Of a stretch of 64,000 nucleotides of DNA, positions 34,777 through 48,005 are shown one piece after another. The position numbers and the translations under genes are program-made. Every line of letters starts with the position of its first letter. The first letter of the stretch is position 1. The stretch comes from Magallana gigas. Its lineage: Eukaryota. Location of the stretch: assembly GCF_963853765.1 (NCBI RefSeq), contig NC_088858.1:38812001-38876000 (forward strand), in the 5' to 3' direction. The notes below the pieces were generated by a model that saw only the letters and a program-made list of their open reading frames with translations, did not search any database and was not told the origin of the DNA.

Positions 34777-37429
34777 TCCATTTATTACGGCACATTTAAT
34801 CCTAAAGTCTAATTTTATAGCACTGTCCCCTCAAACCTCCTGGTTTTCTACAGCCAGTCTGTAAAAGGAAAATGCATTCATCATCATCTTTACACCAGTG
34901 TATTTTGGAACCTCAGTAGATTCAGTTTTAATTGATCCAACTGACAAAGATCAATCGTGATTGATATGAATGTACAATTTCATTTCAAATAAAAAAATTA
35001 TTCTAAAGGTGTTGGTAATATTTAAAAAATTGATTGACTGTATGTGGCATTTTCTTCTGTAATGTGTTTTTTTTTTCACTTTACTGGTAACTACTTTAAT
35101 AATGTGTATATTATTATACACAGTGAATGTATAATTACAAGAAGTATTCACATGTACAATGTTGGTGTATTGTATAACAGTATGGGCATATACAACAATA
35201 AACAATGCAAAATACTTTAAGTTTATTTAATTTTTATTTTTTTTACTTGAAGCGCATTACATAGTAATGCAAGTCACTTGTCAAACTTATTTCTGTCAGA
35301 AGTATACAATACCAGAAATAATTTAAAAACTGTAAAATATGTACTGCATTATCCTAAACTGCTATGAATTGCTTTAATCTAATTTAAAATATGTTTGATC
35401 TGCTTCAACACAAAGTCACGATCTAGTTTGAGCGGATTAAAAATCTAATTTTAATTGGATTGAAATCGCTTATTCCCCATATCATACACATGGAAATTGT
35501 ACTAATTGTGTTTCTTAATTTGTACTTTTTTCCCCTCTGTTGGAGTTATTGTTCAAGACTTTTAGCTATTACATCAACTGTTAGCTTCGATAACTTAAAG
35601 TTCATGTACATGTATGGTTTTACATAGTACAGTCTTATTCAAATGCAAAAAACAAACCTGAGTCCTTTACGGTGTCCATTGCTTATTTTAATATTAAAAA
35701 TTTTCAATTTGGAAATAACGAATTGAATTTTTTTCCCATATTGCCAAGTAATTAAATTTCCTGCCGATTCCCACAAGCTTTCATAATGAGGTCAGGTCAG
35801 TGAGTGCATGATGGTAGTTAAAATTCATGTTTATAAAAACACGCCATTGAAATTTATCGCACTAAAAAACTACCGATAATGTACTGAGTAATAATACATG
35901 AACATTAAATTTCTTTTTTTTTCCTTTTTTTTTAAAAAAAACGTTATTTTCTTTATAAGCAAATTCTTTATAACTTCTAAATTAGCTATGTTTTATTGCA
36001 AAGAAAATGATAAACTGAGGCAGCTAGGAGTTTTAGTTTTATTTCAAATAAAAAGATAAACATGTGCTAATTAAGATGTAAATGTTACACTGTTTGGGAG
36101 AGATTTCAATAATCTCTAGTGTGAAGTGACCCTTTGATGCAAGAGATATCTTTTCCTTACTTGTTAAAGACAAGTGCAATACCGGTATTCCTTTGAAAAG
36201 CTATATCAAGTTAAAAAGCAAAATTCTATACAAGTCAAAATTAGGAAAATGACTTTTTATTGTTCATTCTTCCTTGATTTAAAAAAATAATACATGTATT
36301 CACAAGCAAAGATAAGTTTTACTACATGAACAGTGCATATGTATAAAATGTATTGGTATTATGTTGACCCAGATACTCGATATACTTGAGTGTACATATT
36401 TTCCCATGCTTATTATTTGTATAAATGTATGATTTGGTTATCAACATACGTGTTGTATTGATTTAATATGTAGTATATGGCACTGAAGAGAACTAATGGG
36501 TTCGTCTATATTTCTGAAACTTTCTGTTTTAAACAAGTGGCACCATTGAAATAACCTGCATTCCTATACATGTTCATGTATTCAATTCCTTGCAAAAAAA
36601 ACAGATCAGAAGTACAACCTCAATATATTTTACATAAAAAGAACTTTAGAATAAAAATGTAGGACTTGCAATTGAAATGTCAATATAAAAGTTCTTTACA
36701 TTTACAACTGAATGCAATTTTTGCTTCAAAAAATAAAAAAAAATCTACAAATAAGCACAAAAATAGGTTTGTTAAAACTTAAAGTTACATATAATGTACA
36801 GTGTATGTCAAAAAATGCAATTTTAAAAAAAAGTAATTTGCACTGCACTGAGTGATGTTAACTGAGTAACTCTGAACCCGCATGGGAGCTGAGCAGCGTT
36901 GTTAGACACAGTTCTAAGTACATCAGTATCATTACATCTTCATATTTGAGCAAGCATCGATAACTCATTTTATACCTATTATAATTGTGTTGCTTATTCA
37001 CAAACGTGTACATGAGAGTATTTAACAAAAATTCCTTGCTATCAAAAAAAAGCTGTTGGCTGTTGGGGAAAAAAAGATGTTCATACAAATGCTACTTCTT
37101 AAACATTAGCACATATGAAATAAGGAGGCATTAAAAATTATTCAAAAAAAAAAAAATAATAAAAATCACAAATACATGTTAACAATCACATCAATCTCAT
37201 GATTACACATTTAAAGCCCTAACTAACAGCTATGGTGGCAAAGCCAAGACATTACAACATAAATATAAAAAAGAATAAATTTACAATATGAAATTTTTAT
37301 GTAGATAAACTACTGGCTTGCCTGCTAGGCCATGTATGAGTCTACGACAGAACACCTTTTTGAGTAAATTCTATGATCAAAATAAAAACACAGCATATTT
37401 TCACTTCTTTACAGCTCGAAAGAATCAGA

Positions 37430-40400
37430 TCATTTAAATTTCAAATTCTGAGAGGTACGAATAAAACTCAGCCTCTTTTTCTTGTGTTTGAGACTCGTGA
37501 AGTATAGCCTCTCACTTTCGGGGAGATCAGAGTACTCGTAAAGTTCCAGGCCATAGGCATTTATTCGTTTGAGTTCACTGAAGCGCTGGCGAATATTGTT
37601 CATGTTGATATGTTCCCATAGCGATAGGTCAGACAATATCTGGTCAACACCCTGTAAGCAAAAAATGTTGAAGAAAAATACAAAATTATAGCTATAAAAT
37701 AAAATCAATTTTATTTACCAACTAAGGGCCCTCAAGGGGCAATAGGATGATTGTTTTATCATACATGTAAATAAACAATATACACATATACAAGAAGGAA
37801 AGAATTTTTTGATTGACATAAGAGAAACATAAACATTTGTATAATTATGCATACATGTATCATTAAATATAACAAAATAAAAATGCTCCACATGCAGCAA
37901 TACAAGTATTGAAAGGGGGAACTTTTCTACAATGTACTGAATGAATAAGTAAAAGGTGTTAAAGATATCAAGAGATGGATATCTTTCCATGTTTAGAGTA
38001 GTTTAACCCTTGACCTCTAACCTCGTGACCTTAAAATCAGTCCTACCAGTGTACGGAGTTTGATGTCAGACTGAGAAGTGCCTGCTAATATGTCTTCATT
38101 GAAGGGGGTGGGGAGGGGGAGGGGAGGGAGACAGGAACATTTCCTACACAATTAATGGTTGATTTTAGAGAAGATAATTATGTTAGATAAAATTAAGCAA
38201 ATAATCCCATTAATTAAGTGTCATTAATGAAATTTATGCACATCAAAATTTTGGCCACAATGATTTTCATGAATCATGAAACATCAGTATTTATCAGTTT
38301 CTTAAAACTTGAAAAAAAATATCAAATCCAGACAATATATCTAAATAATATGATTGATGAAAGATTTAGGTCTACACAACACATACCATTAGTAATCAGT
38401 CTATCTACTATAGACATGGCACTTTGAACTCTACAGGGGAAAAACAACAACAAAATCAATAACCACAATTAATTACTAAAAAAGCTTTGCTGGTGAAATA
38501 TAAAAATCTTTTTATTTCCCTGCAGAAGTCATTTCATACCTCAAAACTATTATCATAAAATCAATTCATTAGAGGACCCTATAAATGAATAACGATTTGA
38601 CTCAATCACCGTACTCAACAAATAATGCATAATCTTCTAAAAAAAAAAAAGGTAGACGTAATTAGTAACTTTATTCGAAGTAGGTGTCAGACCCTGCATT
38701 AGTTGGCTCGTTTACCTGAAGAACGGCGGAATCCAGAACTTGAGACATCAACGCCCAGTACTCCGTGTCAATGTCTGTGTATAGGAAGTTGTAGGCGTCA
38801 GGATTCAGGCATTTATACATCGCTTCATTCAGTGAAAGAGTTTGTACATTAGTGACTGAGTTTCTGCAAGACAAAAATAAAATGGAAAGTGTTCACTAAA
38901 ATATGAAAATTCTATTCATGTCATATTGTATTGACTGCTTTTCTAATTTTTAAAAGGGGCATGTTAACCAAAATCAAGACCATGCCTCTTTAACTTCGTA
39001 CATTAATTTTCAATCCTACCTTGCCATTGTCACAACATACATGTATTAATGTTTAAATCAAAAACATCCTAGGAAAATATGATATGTCTTGAAATAAATA
39101 ATTTGTTTTTAGTAATACCCACTAACAAATCCTCCCCTCCCAACCCTCAATCCCCTCCAAAAAAAATCATAAAATTAGCCATGCCTTATCATAAATGACA
39201 GTGTTTCTCTGTCTCCCCCCCCCCCACCCCCTTTGCCCTACAGGGGTAACAACATACCCTCCACTGTTAGTCCGGAATACTGTGACATCCCCCTCCATCC
39301 CCAACTCCGAGCCTTGTATCACGAACACGTCACATGTGAGACGATCCAGGAACTGGACGGTGACAGGGGATCTCGCTACCCTGAAAAGATAGCATACAGC
39401 AATAGAGTTTAGATAAGCGAAGATCTATCTAAGAACAACCCAACTGACAAACAGATATGAACTCTTATACACATGAGCAATATTCAAATGAACCTTTTTT
39501 TACCAACATGAAATTACTCACCTAATAATGACCAGCCTACAGGACTTGGAAACTTTCATCACATCACCACACAGATCTAATGTAGTTTTATCTGTTACAT
39601 GGACTCTGTACACATCCTTACACTTCTTTTCCTTGTTGTCCAAATAATCCTCAAGTCTTTTCATTTCATTCTTGTAAGTACCTTTTGAGAAAATAAAATT
39701 CAATTAACATTCAATATAATTTTACAAGCAGAACTTTTAAGTCTGAATATTGAAGGGTCAATACGCATGTGTGTGGTTCTATATTGATAAATGGAATTTT
39801 TCACAGCAATATATGATGAAACAAGTTTTACATGAATATAAATGTATTGCATTTTACAAGATTTTAAACTATTGCACTAAAGAGAGAGGGAGAGAGAGAA
39901 ATGAAAAACAGAAAGGATGAGAGTGGGGAAAGGGAGGGTCTAGCCGACCAGCACTTTTCTTACCATCTACAGCAGGGGGGTACATGATGAATGTGCGGGG
40001 GCTGGGGGACTTGACCCAGGACATGGAGTACATGCAGGACTCCATCAGGGTGACCTGTAGACACAGCTGATTGGACGTGGCCGTGTGATACAGGCGGAAA
40101 TTGGCTTTGTGAAAAAGACTGTACAGTGTCCGATACCAGGCATATAAATAGTCATCATCTATCCTGTCTGAAAAAGAAAACAACAGTTCACAGTTTAATA
40201 AGATTCAAGGAGTTTTAGTGCTTGTTTGCTTAACCAAGCTGAAAATACTTTGTAAAGGTACATCTCTTTTTGTAAGGAATTATTTTTTTTAAATTCTAAC
40301 TAATTTCTTACCTATTAGCACGGAGAAATAGACTTGATTTACCCTTTTCATTACACCGTCGTTAATGAGATAATAGAGCAATTCATATGACCGGCGCTGG

Positions 40401-41156
40401 TCAAGAACATGTTCTATCTTTAGAATATCAACTGTCTTGTGTTTTAAAATGCCCAGTGCATTGTTTAGAGTCTGTGTCTCATAAGAGTTTCGAGAGAAAT
40501 CAGCAGGATCATTTGGGACTATGGCAGAGCGAATGAAGTGTGTATTGTTGGATTTGGTCAGGAAGAAATCTGACGGAGGTTTTTCATGGGAAAAGACGAA
40601 AACGTTACAGGATGTGTTTCTTGCGATTGCATCTTCAAAATCATAATTAGATGGGCTGAAAAAGAAGATTCATATATATTTTGGTAGGTGGCCAATAAAA
40701 TTATAAATACATTGATGGACACATGAATGTCTACATATATACTAGTACATGTGTATATAACATTATACTATTTAATAGAATGCTTTTGAAAAACTTATCT
40801 TACAATAGATGCTTAATATATTACCATTGAGGGGTATTCATAATTTGGATAGAGAATAAGAAATCAATTCATTACCCAATGGAATATATAACTCTTGTGG
40901 TTGATGAATCGAGATTGATGCCTCCGTCTTGCTCAAGACACAACGGCCAATTTGTGGCATTGGACAATATCATAGTTGAGTTGCACATAAAATGGTAAGC
41001 TGTTATGAAGCGCATCAGTCTCTTAGCCTCACTGTGGGCATCAGCTAGAACTTGTAGTGGGCTGTAGACATCTTTCATGTACATCATCTGTACCCCACAG
41101 TACACGATCACTGCAAGGCCTATTAGGTAGGCAATCACTCTCTTTCTCCTGTTCAT
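37430..41156 (-). CDS. METTL24-like (Methyltransf_22/FkbM-type) type II membrane protein with two tandem domains, 493 aa
   Basis: Exons 41156-40876, 40655-40312, 40167-39964, 39681-39522, 39380-39258, 38863-38716, 37651-37430 (GT-AG, 1482 nt in frame). Signal anchor VIAYLIGLAVIVYCGV. EAKRLMRFI..C..WPLCL..VIYSIG..FE..CNVFVF..DILKIE resembles METTL24. Confidence 0.8.
38950..38993. mobile_element. Collapsed ~36-bp derivative of the TTAA/Kolobok-like family
   Basis: TTAA-AAGGGGCATG...CCAAAATCAAGACCATGCCTCT-TTAA, i.e. both termini of the 33397-33864 family with the interior missing. Confidence 0.6.
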
Positions 41157-42639
41157 GATTATCTTTGAGTTGTACAACTCAAGACTTCAAATTTCAATTC
41201 CCTTAACCCATGGTAACATTCTCGTCAATCAGGGTGTCTGAAAGAAGTAATAGGTGATAACAGATTTAGTTTCTCCATGTATAACACTTTCCAAAAATCA
41301 ATCTTCAATTCAATTTAAGGATATATGCACTCGAACAAGTCAATCTTCACAACCGCTGTCAGATCTGACAAGTTCCCAACAATTATGATATGATCAAGAA
41401 TCTTATAAAATATCCCAGTAATACCAAACAATTCTTGTCACTGTTATAGAACATAAAAAAACTGAAGGTATTTAGGATCAGAGAAATCTGATATTTCTGG
41501 TAAGGTTGAAATCCTAATTAATATAATTCATAATTCATTCTTAGAAGCTGCAATGAATTTGATATTAGAATTTCACATAATTTTTTTTCTCTGCAAATTA
41601 GGCAGACAATTAAAAATAACATTCAGACAAGTGAAATTTGTAAGGAACTGATGGACAAGTGGATTTTTCAGTTAATGTTGAGACCAGAGTTGTGTTTAGC
41701 AGAGCGGGTGCCCACAAGTGCTCGCCAAAATTTCCTTTACCTTCAAACGAATTTTGGCAAGAGCTCGCAAGCACCAAAATTTCCTTTACCTTCAAACAAA
41801 TTTTGGCAAGAGCTTGCAAGCACTCGCTCTGCTAAACATGACTCTGCTGTTTGCTTCTGCAAGTTTGTTTACTACAACTAATTTATAGAGTCTATAGCAT
41901 ATACAAAGCTTAGACAATTTATAACATTTTCAGTTTTGAGGCAATATGAAATATATTTGAAACCCACAAATGTCTTGAGTTTTCATTGCAGAACTAATGT
42001 TCCTACGATCATATTTATAAACTACCTGTATAGGGCCTAATAATATCACATCGTTGAATAAATCTGGTTATGAGATTTTTTATAACCATTGCCATTGGCA
42101 TTCACACAACAAAACGCCTCCCTGTAACAAAAATAATGTTGCTACACAATTTGAAATTGTAGTAAAAGATTTACCGTTCCTAAAGACACTGCGAACGCCT
42201 TCTTATGCCCGTTTTTTAATATGAAAACCGTAATTAATTTGTATTTTTGTTCACAATCACATTTTTAATGTACAGCACCTGAAATGAAAGTAAACTAGTG
42301 TAGGAAACCAAATCGGACTTTTCCGGATATTTACAATAAAAAAAATCCAGATAATATATTTTCGCTCTAATTCCCGTTGTATTAATTAAAGTATAATTAT
42401 GGCTTCTTTATCATGTTTATATTGTTAAATATGCATTGTGTTACTCTATTACAGTTAAAAAATCTATACTTGAAATAAATAATTTTTCCTGAGGCTAAAA
42501 CAATGGGTAACGTTCGCTTTTTATGAGTATGAAGGACAGAGGCTGTCTCAAAGGTATACAGGCTAATTTTATCCTATACCTCCTGTATTTGTTTTTATCT
42601 GTGCATATATAAAATGACACGTGTATGTCCTGATTCGAA

Positions 42640-42730
42640 TCTAGCTGCAGGTCTGTAGCTCCCGGTCTGAAAAATTCGGATGGAGGACCTCCGAATTTTT
42701 CAGACCGGGAGCTACAGACCTGCAGCTAGA
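42640..42730. repeat. Perfect 41-bp inverted repeat with a 9-nt loop
   Basis: TCTAGCTGCAGGTCTGTAGCTCCCGGTCTGAAAAATTCGGA (42640-42680) and its exact reverse complement (42690-42730). Confidence 0.95.
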
Positions 42731-44161
42731 AACGAATTACGAATAAAACGAAGTTTAAAATAAAATATAAAGGTAAGAAATAAATTAACATGCACATCCA
42801 TCTATAAAATAAGGTAAATTGAAAAATGTACCTCTTTACTACCAGTATGTTCTATATCTCACTATATCATGCTGAAAATATTCCTTTTTGTATTTTATAT
42901 AATTCCTACAATTCTCACTGCTTACAATCATACCTGCATTGGTCACAAAAGAAGCATTTCATTTTTGAAAAATCACGATATCTGTGATGAATTTGTTCAG
43001 CGATGATCGCTACTGTTTTATCCCGTATACAAGTTTCTTCGAATCTTTTGGTCTTGAATCATTCGTTTAAAGTGAATGAAATTAATAAAACAACGGATTA
43101 TCAGACACATCATTCCGCGATCGAGACCCATTTCTTATATGCATGCAAAAGGTCCACTTATACCCCATCCCCCCCCCCCAAAAAAAAAACAACAAACAAA
43201 CAAAAATGAAATAAACAAACAAACAAGTCACCATTTAAAAAAAATATATACATGTACATTATTATTTGAATAAACGTTGAACAAAGTTAGACAGGGAAAA
43301 CATTTTAAAGATTGGAATTTACTATTAAAATGCGTAAAACATCCATAAATTGCCTAATGCTTTGAAAAACACGGTGTTTAATACCATGTATCTGTTTTCT
43401 TATAAGATATATAAACGGAGAAAATACTCAGTAGATGTAAAATAGTCTTTTGCATGACAATTTAAAAGTGCTTTCGTCTCCGGTTTACGCACTTCTAGCG
43501 TATCAAAGCCGATCAACTCTTTAGTCAAAGTACATGACATACAAAAAAAAACAACCCCACTATTTCATTCCAGTACTTAGTTTGATATAAGTGATGACGT
43601 GGATGCCCTCCCAGAGATTCTAGGCGGCGATTATCTCTGCCTCCTATGTCGTTATTAAAAAACGGAGTGCAACACATGCCTCGCAGACGACACTTATTGG
43701 TGATTGGATTTTTTTTTGTATATAAATGGCATCATTTTTTAACGACATTTCATGGGTATTTTTCTGGTATCAAGGTGATAAGAAGTATATTTATTTGATA
43801 GATATATGTGTTAATTGATGACGTGTTGAGAAACCGATTTATCTTACCCAATTATGCCCTCCAAGAGGAATACTAGACTAGTATGCCATTTTCTCTGATG
43901 TAGACGAGACCACGAATAATGTGAATTTGCCAAGGCTCAGAAAATGTTATTACATTCATATTTATTAGATCATATTCTTGGGAGATTCAAGCTACATGTA
44001 CCTCCCTCTCAATGTCAAGTTTGAAATGATTTTAAAACACTTGTGCAGGATTCTTTTGAAGTAGCTTGAACTCATGGACCCTTTTCCTGAACAAAAATTG
44101 GCATGAAGTATTCTTGGTTCTAAAGTATATTAGATTTTTCATAAAAAGTAAACAAGAAGAA

Positions 44162-44164
<3 letters not shown>

Positions 44165-44213
<49 letters not shown>
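44165..44213. repeat. (TC)n microsatellite
   Basis: Uninterrupted TC run. Confidence 0.98.
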
Positions 44214-44218
<5 letters not shown>

Positions 44219-44829
44219 GTTCACGTCATGATATGGAGTGATAAGTCAAGAACATAAAAAAACCAGAGCACCGTCAAAGATAATTTTCTCGTTATTACGA
44301 AATAATTAACTCGTTATATACGAGATACTAACTCGTTATAACGAGACAATTATGTCTTAGCCTTTTTAGAATTGAGCCTAATCGGCCATCGTTACCGCCA
44401 GAGCACCTCTCTAATAGAAAATTAAAATATGCTATTTACAGCGCAGAAATCTACCATTCTGGCATATATGTACATGTAGTTCAAATTTTAAGCAACGTTT
44501 TAATTAAAAGGTCGATATCAAGCCATTTTTATTACAATTTTCGCGACATAATTACTATATTTTTTAGTACCCCTTTTGGACATGAAAGTATCAAGGATGG
44601 AAAAAATAATGATAAAGGATCAAGGTTTTGAATAGCCAACATGTCATTTAGAATCATTGAACACTACTGAGAGATGAAGCCTTGCTCTCATCTTCCTAAG
44701 TCAATGGTTTCAGTCTAAAGTTGAAAACATAAATTTTGATTCAATTATTGAGTACTACACAAAACTAATCTGCAACAGGACTCACTTATGCAGAATGCAA
44801 ATGAACAAGAAAAATGCTTCTATTTAAGG

Positions 44830-44970
44830 AACAAGGAATCATTTTTTGAGTATTATGAGGTGGTCAAATACGGTCGGGGTTGATCAAAGCCAGTAACTTT
44901 ATAGATAGATTGATCATGTCCGACCGTATTTGATCACCTAATAATATTCAAAGAATGATTCCTTATTATT
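44830..44970. mobile_element. Palindromic MITE
   Basis: Imperfect ~55-bp TIRs: AAGGAATCATTTTTTGAGTATTATGAGGTGGTCAAATACGGTCGG / CCGACCGTATTTGATCACCTAATAATATTCAAAGAATGATTCCTT. Confidence 0.8.
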
Positions 44971-45094
44971 TAGTTTTAAATAATTTTAGCAGTTGTACAA
45001 AAATATAGAATAGTCAATGATGCAAGAATGAGAATCAAGCCCCACAAGTCAAGAAGCTTAATTATAAAGAAAGGAAAAGTGACAAAGAAGTTTG

Positions 45095-46690
45095 TATAGA
45101 TACAAGAGGAGGACATTCCATCTATTGTGGACAAACCCGTGAAGTACCTAAGGAAACGGTTTTACTCAGAATCCGAAGGACCAGGGAAACATCAAGCAAC
45201 TGGATGGGAAAGTAACAGAGGGACTCGAGAGCATGGCAAGACTGAGCTGCCGGGGAAATTCAAAGCGTGGATGTACCAACATGGCCTGCTTCCCCGTCTA
45301 CTATGGCATCTAACCCTCTACGACAGTGGAAGCATTGGAAAGGACGGTAAACAGATTCCTCCGAGGGTGGCTCCGGGCGTCCGTCCACGCTCTACTAGTC
45401 TTGGACTGTATAGTGCTTCATCCAAACTCCAGCTGCCAATATCATCTTTGGTTGAAGAATTCAAAGTTACCACAGCCCGTTTAGTTCTCTCGTTAGAGAT
45501 TCGAAGGATGAAAAGATCCGGAAAGCAGGGATATATAGAAATAAAAACTGGAAGGCAGTGGTCAGCCAGTGCTGCAGTCCACCAGGCAGAAAGCAGGCTG
45601 AAGCATGCTGACATAGTTTGCACAGTAGTAGAGGAGAGACAAGGGCTATGAAGCAGTCACAGAGAAAGCTGGATGAAAAGCAACAACACGGAGAAACGTG
45701 GAATGGTACAGGCAGAGATCCACCAATTGGAAGAATAACTAAGAAAGGCAAAAGCAACAGAAATGGGAAGCCAAGGTGCATGGACGAGATGGACAACAAC
45801 AGAGAGGAAGCTGAATTGTGGAAAGATCTGGAGGATTGAACCACACCGTATCCAGTTCCTCTTAAGATCAGTGTATGACCTGCTGCCATCGCCAACCAAC
45901 CTACACAAGTATAGGGCCTAACAAAAAATATGAACTACGATCTATGTTGAAAGAGAGGTATTCTGGAACACATCTATCATCATGTAATGTCTCTATGACA
46001 CAGGGCAGGTACAGATGGAGACATGACCAAGTACTCAGAGAGCTAGCTGATATCATAGAGACGGAACGGAAGAAGAGAGGGCAGAAGAGAGACGTCCGTA
46101 AATACATCAACGTTGTGAAGGAAGGCGACCCAACAATAATCAAGAAACCCTCGGAACAGAAGTCTATTTTGGATTCAGCAACATCATAGGAGATGCAGGC
46201 AGATCTCGGACGACGGCTGATATTTCCAGACGTTCTCAACACTACTCTCCGCCCTGACATCGTATGTTTGTCCCACGAAGGCAAACAGATAATGATGGTG
46301 GAGCTTACGGTCCAGTGGGAAGAGAGATGCGAGGAGGCCTACCGATCTGGCAGATGACATCCGCAGCGAAGGATGGAGTCCAGGGGTTTTCCAGTGGAGA
46401 TTGGCTGCAGAGGATTCCCAGCCCAGTCTACGTGGAGAGCAATGACAGCCCTGGAAATTAAGGGGAAAGAAAGAAAAGCAGGAATACAGAGACTTTCCAC
46501 AACAACAGAAAAGTCATCATGCTGGCTATGGTGGAGAAAAGCAGTGCAGAGCTGGAAGCCATCTACAGACGGGCAACGATTTGGCAAATCATTGCTGACT
46601 CACCACCTCGAAGACGTTCCAGGATATAAGTCGAAACAAACGACGACGGGTGGACCTGGCTGACGACATCTGTAGATTTATCAGTGAACT
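45095..46690 (+). mobile_element. 5'-truncated, frameshifted non-LTR retrotransposon of the restriction-like-endonuclease type (Hero/NeSL/R2-like)
   Basis: Fragments across frames: PVKYL (end of RT), LPGKFKAWMYQHGLLPRLLW, KTGRQWSA..AESRLKHADIV, HLSSC..RYRWRHDQVL (CCHC/RH remnant), LRPDIV..VELTVQWE (RLE PD..E motif). Several stops and frameshifts. Confidence 0.85.
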
Positions 46691-48005
46691 TACTGATTTA
46701 GGTATTAATATTGATGAAATGTATTAAATTATACATTACAAAATCGATTCGTAGTGTTATCACAGACAAAGACACCGGGAAATGTAAACATGTTTAATTC
46801 ATCAAACATTATTTTTAATACAAAAATATTTTACGTCTTTACAAAAACTCTACGAGGCTATAATTTGCCGCGACTTAATTATAATGCTTTACTTTTCAGA
46901 GATGTAAACCAGAGCTCCAGCGTTTTCTCGCTTGTCAGTCATCATAACCATCTGGTACGGTATGACATTGGTAAGACGAAGTGGGGGTTTTAGAACATAT
47001 ATACACATTTTTAATGAAAAAACAGGAAATGAATTCAAGCGTTTTGTTAAATGAACAAGTATAGATTGTTATGATTTTTCGTTTTGTTTTGTTAGTGTTG
47101 CTTCTAATATTAAAGTAAATATCATCGCCATGGGGAAAACTTAAGGATCCTGGTTTGTAATTTGTAAAAACAATCGGTGCAAACCGATTTGTTGTTGATT
47201 TGGCATATACTGTCACTGGTAAATCAAAAATTCAGAATATGACAAATCAATTATTTGTATAGACTTACTAAATTCACTTCACTAATCATAAAATTGATAA
47301 ATAGTTACTGAAGAGTAATATTAACTTAATTGAACCCAGTTAAATAATTGATTTCATTGAATTTCGATATCATGTATAGTTAAAATGTACTTTTCTCTCT
47401 CGAGGTAGATTAACTAACATAACATTGCTCTGATCATTTTGTCTTCCTATTGTTTGCTGGATCTATTTTCATCTTGAGTGTTGAACAGTCGAGCAAGATG
47501 AACCTTAGCCCCATTATATAGTGATTTAAGCGCTGCTTGTTCATTAGAAAATAAATGGCAAAAGTGTTCTGTGAAAGCATTTCGAACTTTATGCTGGCAA
47601 AACTGTCCATTTTCTGTATTATGCAAATATAAGAGTGAACTTATTTACAAACATATTTTATTTCATATATCCCTGCAAAATATAATATGAAAAGTATTTG
47701 CACATAAATAACTTAAGGTATAAATAACACTAAAAACATGGCAATTAATATAAAGAACAAAAAACAAAAGCACCAATAAAGAGTTACCGCTAAATACACC
47801 AAATTGTCCGGATTTTGGTACACATACCCACTCATGCATGTCATAATTAGACGTAAGTAATAACTCTCCTCTTAAGACGCATCCTTCATTTCCGCTGGCG
47901 GAAAGCACCTTAGCTTATTTATATTAGAGTTACACCAAGCAAGAGCCTCTTCAAAAGACCAAAATGGACATTTATTACAAGAACAGAAATTAGCTGACAG
48001 ATTTC

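Noticed and set aside
41157-41177. ORF-track start of the METTL24-like gene at 41177
   Set aside because: It is a TTG codon. The first ATG in frame is at 41156, directly before the basic stretch and signal anchor.
43590-43680. Possible C/D snoRNA (GTGATGA box)
   Set aside because: No D box (CTGA) or terminal stem at a suitable distance.
45318-46587. Minus-strand ORFs over the retrotransposon
   Set aside because: All recognisable RT/RLE motifs are on the plus strand.
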